From the IMG/VR virus record IMGVR_UViG_3300047666_001259, positions 1-64,000 of that record: a stretch of DNA of 64,000 nucleotides; one strand, given 5' to 3'. This document shows, piece by piece, positions 29,155-35,591 of the stretch. This DNA is from a virus. How positions within the stretch are numbered: the first letter of the stretch is position 1; every line of letters begins with the position of its first letter. The position numbers were made by a program, and so were the translations under genes. The notes under the pieces were generated by a model, which was not told the origin of the DNA, did no database searches, and saw only the letters and a program-made list of their open reading frames with translations.

Positions 29155-31650
29155 ATGCCATTTGATTTACCAAATACAGCGAGTACATTATCTCCCCATT
29201 TTTCACCGGGAGAAGACCTAAGATACTTTCCAACCACAGATCGTTCGATATCTACCGTTGGTGATTATCGTGTGCAAACTAATTTTGATCCAGAGTCAAT
29301 AGATCGAGTAATTAGAAATCTCAGTTTCGATCAATACGAATCTTTAAACTCAATGAGCATCACAGGAGCCACTTCTGCTGATACCATTAATGTTTTCGTG
29401 CAATCACAAGAACTTAATCTTGATTTTCAAAGACCTGAAAACAACACCTATTTTTCAAGCTTTAAAACAGAGGTGATAAAAGGAATAGCAGAAATAATTT
29501 CAGACTTTCCATACGCTATCTATGTAACTTCAGGCTCTACTAGCGCCAATACTCTTTATGATTTCTCTAAGGTCTATGACTTAAATACAAATGAAATTCA
29601 ATCTACTTTTAAGGTCTCAGCCGATACTATTGTCAACCAAGGAAACGTTTTACTTAATTCTGGGTATTCTTATAACAACAACAGTTTATTTAATAATTTC
29701 AATGATTACGTTGTTCAGTTTAAAAATGGAGAAGACGCAAACACTGGGTCAACTGTTCCAAGATTAACAATCCTAAACTATTCATTCTCAGCTGGAGTTT
29801 ATTTAGAACTCACAGTTAAAGGAGACTTTTTAACAGGTCAAACGTCAGGAACATCATTCTCTGAATTCTATATTGCTCCCTCTCCTAAGATAGTTTATAA
29901 ATTTAAGAAGGATATTACTCCTCTGCAAAATCAACTTTTCTTTAACGGAAAATACAAAATTGCAAACCCACTTCTAAATGATGGCTCTACGATTGAAGTA
30001 ACTTATACTTGGCCGAAGACCATTGATGGATACAACCCTAATACTTACGGAACGGAGTTCGATGTTTGGAAAGATAGCATGCTAGACTTTGCTGAGGACT
30101 TAGATTGTGACAAGACTGGAATTATGGCTCAGACTATGATCCCTGATTCTTATTTCGAATTTGATAGTGATAGTGATATCTACAAAAATGTTACCCAAGC
30201 TCAAGCTCAGGAGTTTGATATCATCAAACAATATATTGATGGTTTAGTTTATGCTCACACAGCAACATATGACGGAACAGAGTCTGTCCCAGACAAGTTC
30301 ATCTTTAAACTATCCCAGTTACTAGGGTTTGACTTATCTCCTCAATTCAATGAGGTAGACCTATTGCGTTATCTTTCGGGAGATGAAGATGGTTTAGATA
30401 ATTCAGGAGCTTATTATAACTTGCAGCTTTGGAGAAAGATTTTAACTAATATTATTTGGCTTTTAAAGAGAAAAGGAACTAGAGAGTCATTGCTTTGGAT
30501 ATTCCAGCTTATCGGTGCGCCAGAGTGCATGATTAGGTTAGATGAGATTGTATATGATATCTCTTCGGCAGCAGCTTCTGGAAATACAGGTACTTTATTA
30601 GAGAATGAATTATCTTTTAAAGTAAAAACAAACGGATATCCAGATTATAATGTTTCTCCACACATTTTTCAAGAAGGTGGAAGTGGTCGTGGAAATGGTA
30701 TGAAGTATATTGATTTCTGGAGACCACAGTTTGATCCAGTTTTGAGATTTGACAACATCAAAACCCAATCTGGAGATACAGTATATTTCGGAACTGAAAA
30801 TATTATAAACTCTAAACAACTATATGCAGCACTTGATCCAGCTCAAGCAATCGAGTGCAACGTACATGAGTGGTATCAATTAACTGGTACAGTTTGGAAC
30901 TACTGTTATTCAGATATTTCTATGTGTGATTGGGATTATCCTTTCCAATGGATTCCTAGTGATCCATATGCAGCAAAACCAACTGGAGCTACGGAACATA
31001 TTTCTGGAATGACATATCAAGAATATATGACATTCTTGTTTGCTAACAATGTTGACCCACAGACTAGAAAAACGAATGATCAAAATCATACAACTTTCTA
31101 TTATCCAGCTCTGAAGAATATTTACTTGAATTATTCTTACTTAAACAATCCACAATCGAACAGGATTACAATGAGTAAGCTTGAAAACTTTATAAAGTTA
31201 ATTGAAAGGAAGTTCTTCAATTATGGAAAACAACTTTTACCAGCCACATCAATTTTGTTGGCTCAAGGAGTGATTTATAGAAACACAGAATTTCATAGAG
31301 AAAGGTTTATCTATAAAGAAGGAGTTAATAAAGGTTCAGAATTTAGAGTAGACGTGTCTCAGCCAGAATCTCTTATCGAAATCATCGAGGTTACCAATGA
31401 GGTAGTCCAAGAGATTGAAGGAAACGTTATTTCGATTGAAGTCTCTAATGAAATTGTTCAAGAAATTGAAGGAAATGTTATCCCTATTGACGTGAGCAAT
31501 GAAATTACGATTGAAATTGAAGGAACAATTAATGGATATAATTTGATTGTAGAGATTAATGATCTTACTGAAGATTCAGAAGTTGTCTCGGAAGTAACTG
31601 CTACTCAATTATTAGAAGACTTATCTAATATCATCTCTGATCCTGAATAA
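29155..31650 (+). CDS. Baseplate wedge protein (P2 gpI/T4 gp7-like)
   Basis: LSQLLGF...WRKIL.NI.WLLKRKGTRESL.....IG; LLPAT; three acidic C-terminal repeats (EVxNEIVQEIEGNVI); TATTTA at 29130-29135. Confidence 0.7.
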   Translation: MPFDLPNTASTLSPHFSPGEDLRYFPTTDRSISTVGDYRVQTNFDPESIDRVIRNLSFDQYESLNSMSITGATSADTINVFVQSQELNLDFQRPENNTYFSSFKTEVIKGIAEIISDFPYAIYVTSGSTSANTLYDFSKVYDLNTNEIQSTFKVSADTIVNQGNVLLNSGYSYNNNSLFNNFNDYVVQFKNGEDANTGSTVPRLTILNYSFSAGVYLELTVKGDFLTGQTSGTSFSEFYIAPSPKIVYKFKKDITPLQNQLFFNGKYKIANPLLNDGSTIEVTYTWPKTIDGYNPNTYGTEFDVWKDSMLDFAEDLDCDKTGIMAQTMIPDSYFEFDSDSDIYKNVTQAQAQEFDIIKQYIDGLVYAHTATYDGTESVPDKFIFKLSQLLGFDLSPQFNEVDLLRYLSGDEDGLDNSGAYYNLQLWRKILTNIIWLLKRKGTRESLLWIFQLIGAPECMIRLDEIVYDISSAAASGNTGTLLENELSFKVKTNGYPDYNVSPHIFQEGGSGRGNGMKYIDFWRPQFDPVLRFDNIKTQSGDTVYFGTENIINSKQLYAALDPAQAIECNVHEWYQLTGTVWNYCYSDISMCDWDYPFQWIPSDPYAAKPTGATEHISGMTYQEYMTFLFANNVDPQTRKTNDQNHTTFYYPALKNIYLNYSYLNNPQSNRITMSKLENFIKLIERKFFNYGKQLLPATSILLAQGVIYRNTEFHRERFIYKEGVNKGSEFRVDVSQPESLIEIIEVTNEVVQEIEGNVISIEVSNEIVQEIEGNVIPIDVSNEITIEIEGTINGYNLIVEINDLTEDSEVVSEVTATQLLEDLSNIISDPE

Positions 31651-31652
31651 AC

Positions 31653-32177
31653 ATGACAAATAAATATTCAATAAAAAAAACAATATATAATTCCATTAGG
31701 AAAATTATATTTGAATCCGAAAGTAATAGTTATTCTTATAAAGTTTACCACTCGTCTAATGAAAAATTTAATCATTTTAAATTAGAAAAAATTACAAATT
31801 TAGGAGGCGACTTGTATGGTAAAGGTTTTTATTTCACTGATAATTTGAATTATTCAGAAAATTTTGGAAAAATAACTTATGAATGCTTAGTAACTTTAAA
31901 AAACCCTCTTAATCTAACTAATTCAAATTCAAAAAATCAACTAACTCAGTTGGTTAATTACATTAATGATATTCCTGAAAAAGACTTAGAATACATAAGT
32001 GGGTCTATTCAGAACAACAGCTTTACAACTGCTTTCAGAAAAATAAGAGATTTCATTTCATTTGAATCACTTCACGAATTGTACGATGGAGTAATTGGGT
32101 GGTCAGAAGAAGGTGGGAGAGAATACATTGTATATAATCCTAGAAACATTAAGATAATAAATTTTACGATCTTATAA
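31653..32177 (+). CDS. ADP-ribosyltransferase-like protein (ART-PolyVal-like)
   Basis: VYHSS...F..F, YGKGFYFTD, V.LKNPL, YDGVI, EYIVYNP..IK. Confidence 0.7.
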   Translation: MTNKYSIKKTIYNSIRKIIFESESNSYSYKVYHSSNEKFNHFKLEKITNLGGDLYGKGFYFTDNLNYSENFGKITYECLVTLKNPLNLTNSNSKNQLTQLVNYINDIPEKDLEYISGSIQNNSFTTAFRKIRDFISFESLHELYDGVIGWSEEGGREYIVYNPRNIKIINFTIL

Positions 32178-32185
32178 TAATTTTG

Positions 32186-32193
32186 TAACTTTG
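32186..32193 (+). promoter_or_regulatory. Bacteroidota -7 element (TAACTTTG) heading the cassette array
   Basis: TAnnTTTG 4 nt before ATG 32198; TTTA 19 nt upstream as a -33 variant. Confidence 0.65.
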
Positions 32194-32197
32194 CTTC

Positions 32198-32383
32198 ATG
32201 GAGCAAGTAGGGCAAGTACAAATATTTAGTCAAACGGACGACCCCGAAACACTACAACGTGAGATGAATGATTGGTTGGTTGATTGTGATGTGACAGTTG
32301 TTCGTGTCCTACAAACCCAATCTGGTAGAATGGATACCACCTTGACTATCACTTTATTTTACGTGAATAATCCCGAAGATTAA
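32198..32383 (+). CDS. Small hypothetical protein; its stop codon abuts the array
   Basis: 61 aa; QIF...LQREMNDWL...V..V.QT...TLFY pattern. Confidence 0.7.
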   Translation: MEQVGQVQIFSQTDDPETLQREMNDWLVDCDVTVVRVLQTQSGRMDTTLTITLFYVNNPED

Positions 32384-32451
32384 CGGTTTGTGTATGTACC
32401 GTTTGAGGTACGAAAATGGAATATAAACAGTGTTATAAAATTAAATTGATT

Positions 32452-32676
32452 ATGGGAATGTTTGATACAGTAATAGTTCCGTGTCCAGAATGTGGAACAA
32501 AAGAAGAATTTCAGAGCAAAAGTGGTGAATGTTTTTTACAAGAAGTAGAATTAAAAGACTGTCCAAGTGATATATTGTATGACGTGAATAGACACTCGCC
32601 ATACACTTGTTGTGATTGCGGTACTTTATTCGAGGTAGACACAAAATCTAAAGAAAGTACTAAAGTAGTGTTGTAG
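32452..32676 (+). CDS. Cassette gene: small Zn-ribbon protein (MGMFD..CPECG..FQSK)
   Basis: CPEC, C..C; in module B1; alternative ATG at 32416 lies inside hairpin A1. Confidence 0.75.
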   Translation: MGMFDTVIVPCPECGTKEEFQSKSGECFLQEVELKDCPSDILYDVNRHSPYTCCDCGTLFEVDTKSKESTKVVL

Positions 32677-32729
32677 ATAACGATGTACCTTTTTAAAAGC
32701 AAAACGGGCGAGTGTAAAATTTGAAAATT

Positions 32730-32882
32730 ATGGATGATAAAACGATAGCTTATTATTTACAGCACAAAGTAGAAGTAAAAGAGAATAGCTTAAAACCTAT
32801 GGATAAACGTCATAAAATACCTAAGCGCATAAAGAAGGAAATAAAAGAACTAAAAGCAATGATTGAACACTTGACGGAATAA
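32730..32882 (+). CDS. Cassette gene: 50-aa basic protein in the loop of hairpin A2
   Basis: Not in the track; MDDKTIAYYLQHKVEVKENSLKPMDKRHKIPKRIKKEIKELKAMIEHLTE. Confidence 0.65.
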   Translation: MDDKTIAYYLQHKVEVKENSLKPMDKRHKIPKRIKKEIKELKAMIEHLTE

Positions 32883-33038
32883 TTTTTTGTTTTTATACAT
32901 TGTTGTGCTTAACGAAGTGGTGTTTTAATGAAGCACAACGGTTGCAAATATGAGAAGTAAATCTTTTCATTAAAAAATAGACAAAGTAAGATTTATTTCT
33001 TATATTTAGTATCAAAAATTTTATACAAATTAAAAAAT

Positions 33039-33260
33039 ATGGAAAATACATTTGAACCAAGAAAATCCATCTCCGAAAGATATAGTTTGGAGAATATGTC
33101 TAAACAAAGAGGAATGTCTATTGATGACTATAAGTTAGAAATAGACAAACAACTCAAAATGAAACAGGATATTATTGATAAACAACTATCAAAAGGATGG
33201 ACACAGGAACAATCTGAAACTCACGCTATGAGGTGTTTGTATATTGATGGATTTTCTTGA
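33039..33260 (+). CDS. Cassette gene: hypothetical protein
   Basis: 73 aa; flanked by a perfect 15-bp inverted repeat at 33010-33024 / 33285-33299. Confidence 0.7.
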   Translation: MENTFEPRKSISERYSLENMSKQRGMSIDDYKLEIDKQLKMKQDIIDKQLSKGWTQEQSETHAMRCLYIDGFS

Positions 33261-33346
33261 CCGACATTCAAAGATTAAGAACTCATAAAATTTTTGATAT
33301 TGAATATAACGCTGAGTATATGAAACGTAAATTTTAAACAGACAAA

Positions 33347-33586
33347 ATGAATAAAACAGGATATTATATATTAGGAATACTGAGCGGTTTGACCCTATAC
33401 AAACTAATTTATGTTTTATATACATTGTTGTTGTTAGTTGATTTTACGCCTTTATACCCTTACTTAATAGATATAAACTATTATTGCGAAAAGTATACAA
33501 CTAAAAATATTGCTGAAATAGGTGCAATACTTTTGATAGTAATACCAATAGCAATATTTGTGATTAAAGAGCGCAGACTTAAGTAA
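33347..33586 (+). CDS. Cassette gene: membrane protein spanning the A4/B4 junction
   Basis: Starts in the A4 loop, reads through GTT 33427, stops in the B4 terminal repeat. Confidence 0.65.
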   Translation: MNKTGYYILGILSGLTLYKLIYVLYTLLLLVDFTPLYPYLIDINYYCEKYTTKNIAEIGAILLIVIPIAIFVIKERRLK

Positions 33587-33688
33587 AATCTATTAACTAC
33601 AATGACTACTGTATGTGGCGTAGCTTTTCGCTATGACATATAAAGTTTGTTAGCATTAGTACGGATTAATAACTAAAAACTTAATAAG

Positions 33689-33880
33689 ATGACAAAAAGA
33701 GAAAGATTAAAAGAGTGGATTAAAACTCTAAACGAAGAACAAAAAGATACTGTGATACTTGAACTTACAGACTTTGCAATAGATGCCGAGTATGTTGGTT
33801 TTTATGATACTACGAAAGTACCATATTATGATTGTACTGGAGAAAATCTAGATGGAACTGAAAGCGATGATGAAGATTAG
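33689..33880 (+). CDS. Cassette gene: hypothetical protein
   Basis: 63 aa filling module B5. Confidence 0.7.
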   Translation: MTKRERLKEWIKTLNEEQKDTVILELTDFAIDAEYVGFYDTTKVPYYDCTGENLDGTESDDED

Positions 33881-33931
33881 TATTACTGCTAACGTATAGT
33901 AATATGATTAGTGCGGATTAATAACAAGAAA

Positions 33932-34099
33932 ATGGCAAAGACACGAGAACAAAAAAGAATTGAAAATGCGGATAAAGTTTGTAGAGAACTTAGATACCAA
34001 ATAGTAGAATATGGACTAATAGGCGATTGGGATGCAATTAATAAGCATTTTAATTCTTGGATGAATAATGCTAAAAAATCTAAATACGAAAGACCTTAG
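33932..34099 (+). CDS. Cassette gene: hypothetical protein
   Basis: Start MAKTREQ after an A-rich leader; in module A6. Confidence 0.7.
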   Translation: MAKTREQKRIENADKVCRELRYQIVEYGLIGDWDAINKHFNSWMNNAKKSKYERP

Positions 34100-34136
34100 C
34101 ATTAGTACGGATTATTAACAGATAAATTATATAAAA

Positions 34137-34322
34137 ATGGAAGGAATAAAAGTAACATTAGTGCCAAATCAAGAAACAGACTACCAAGCGTTTAGATTTG
34201 ATGAATTAGGTATTACTTATTTTGAATGGTCAAAAATGAGTGAAGATGATAAAAGAATCTTGGTGTTAGAAAACATTATGGAAAATATATGCTCTCACGT
34301 TGACTCGATGGATGAGTATTAA
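34137..34322 (+). CDS. Cassette gene: hypothetical protein
   Basis: 61 aa filling module B6; stop inside the terminal repeat. Confidence 0.7.
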   Translation: MEGIKVTLVPNQETDYQAFRFDELGITYFEWSKMSEDDKRILVLENIMENICSHVDSMDEY

Positions 34323-34383
34323 TGCTAACGGATATGGTTAAGGTTAGTTGCGGGTAGAATATTAATGAATTAAATAAACAAAA

Positions 34384-34584
34384 ATGAAAGCAGATTTAGA
34401 ACAGTTGGAAAAAATGCAAGAAGACTTATTTAGGCAACAATGTGATTTAGATATACAGAAAGCAATGGTAAAACACTTTATAAAAAAGAAAGAAGACGAG
34501 CTATTAACTTTAACCGATGTTGTGGACAGTTTGCCAAGTGATAGACCTAAATTAAGACCATCTTACATTGGCGATAAAGACTAA
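34384..34584 (+). CDS. Cassette gene spanning the A7/B7 junction
   Basis: The right arm of A7 is translated as LLTLTDVV; GTT 34519 is a Val codon. Confidence 0.65.
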   Translation: MKADLEQLEKMQEDLFRQQCDLDIQKAMVKHFIKKKEDELLTLTDVVDSLPSDRPKLRPSYIGDKD

Positions 34585-34663
34585 AAAAAATAAAACAATA
34601 CGGTGTAATTGTCTACAACACCGAAATAAACTCTTGTGCGTAGCATAGAGTTTATTGAATGTT

Positions 34664-34687
34664 AAAGTGCGTTTTTATGCACTTTTT
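34664..34687 (+). terminator. Probable terminator closing the array, convergent with 34686..35558
   Basis: AAAGTGC-gtttttat-GCACTTT-TT. Confidence 0.6.
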
Positions 34688-35558
34688 AGCTATTTAAAAC
34701 AGTGTTAAATGTTTGAGTTAAATCAGGGTTTATGATTCTCTGCTTGTAATCAAGTTCTCCCGAAGTAAATTGAGATTTTCTAGTCAATAGATTGAATTCC
34801 CTAAACAAGAACCCATTTTCATCAAATACTCTGTATTTACCACTTGCATTATCACGAATAGTATTCCCATAGAGAGCGTATGAGAGCGTCTTAACAGTTT
34901 GATCGACCATTTCGATCTGAATCACTGTAGGATCGAAGGAAGTGGCTGTAATGAGTATCTTCTGCCCTGCATTACCTAAGTTCACTTGTTGTGAATTTGA
35001 AATAAGGTTTCTTTCATCAGGAGTTAGAGTTAAAAACAAGTTTGTTCCGTTTGGATCAAGAACATAAGTGCTTGAACTAGCATTGGCGTTGTTGTTGTTT
35101 GTAGAAACAGAAACAACCTCAGATGTAGTAACAATCCTGTGAAAGTTTTTTGTCTTTACTCCATTTTCATCAAAGTATTCGATCATGTAACCGATCAACG
35201 ACCCGGGACTCTGAAACTGAAGTTTTGGAATAATAATTCCTTTCTTAGAAATCTGAACCTCAGTATCTGTATTTGTTGTAATCATCGAACAATCAATAAT
35301 CGTTGTTTCAAACGACTTAGGTTTAATAAGCACAGTGTAGAAACCTAATCTGTTAAAAATTGAAGCAGGAAGCCTCAATTCGTAGACACCATCTGCTCCG
35401 ATCAGTTTCTTAAATTCATTATCTGATATTGCACCAAATAATGGAGCCATCTGAGGGTTCGTTGGAGTCTCTCTAGAGGCTGTATATGAATACAAAACAT
35501 CAACATCATTGCTGTTGACATTTGAAAGTACTTTTGTTCCGTATATTCCTACACTCAT
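34686..35558 (-). CDS. Virion structural protein (baseplate region)
   Basis: GVYELRLP...F..LGFYTVLIKP; TATTTA at 35574-35579. Confidence 0.65.
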   Translation of the reverse strand: MSVGIYGTKVLSNVNSNDVDVLYSYTASRETPTNPQMAPLFGAISDNEFKKLIGADGVYELRLPASIFNRLGFYTVLIKPKSFETTIIDCSMITTNTDTEVQISKKGIIIPKLQFQSPGSLIGYMIEYFDENGVKTKNFHRIVTTSEVVSVSTNNNNANASSSTYVLDPNGTNLFLTLTPDERNLISNSQQVNLGNAGQKILITATSFDPTVIQIEMVDQTVKTLSYALYGNTIRDNASGKYRVFDENGFLFREFNLLTRKSQFTSGELDYKQRIINPDLTQTFNTVLNS

Positions 35559-35591
35559 TTCTTTGTTTTTTTATAAATATCTGTTTAAAAA

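Larger units (their letters stand above)
32380..34665 (+). mobile_element. Integron-like cassette array of alternating nested inverted-repeat modules; no integrase in the window
   Basis: A modules (AAC-5/6 nt-arm...arm-3/4 nt-GTT): 32382-32434, 32679-32904, 32937-33010, 33308-33429, 33601-33651, 33891-~34098, 34327-34521, 34617-34663. B modules between them have self-complementary ends, e.g. GTTGTGCTT/AAGCACAAC, GTTAGCATTAGTAC/GTATTACTGCTAAC, GTTGTGGACAGTT/AATTGTCTACAAC. Confidence 0.8.

Noticed and set aside
33010-33299. Stand-alone MITE or IS with 15-bp terminal inverted repeats
   Set aside because: No transposase or clear target duplication, and it fits the B-module position in the array.
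32380-34665. CRISPR array or simple terminators as the explanation for the repeats
   Set aside because: There is no constant direct repeat or fixed spacer length. The hairpins lack U-tracts, overlap ORFs and share AAC/GTT boundaries.
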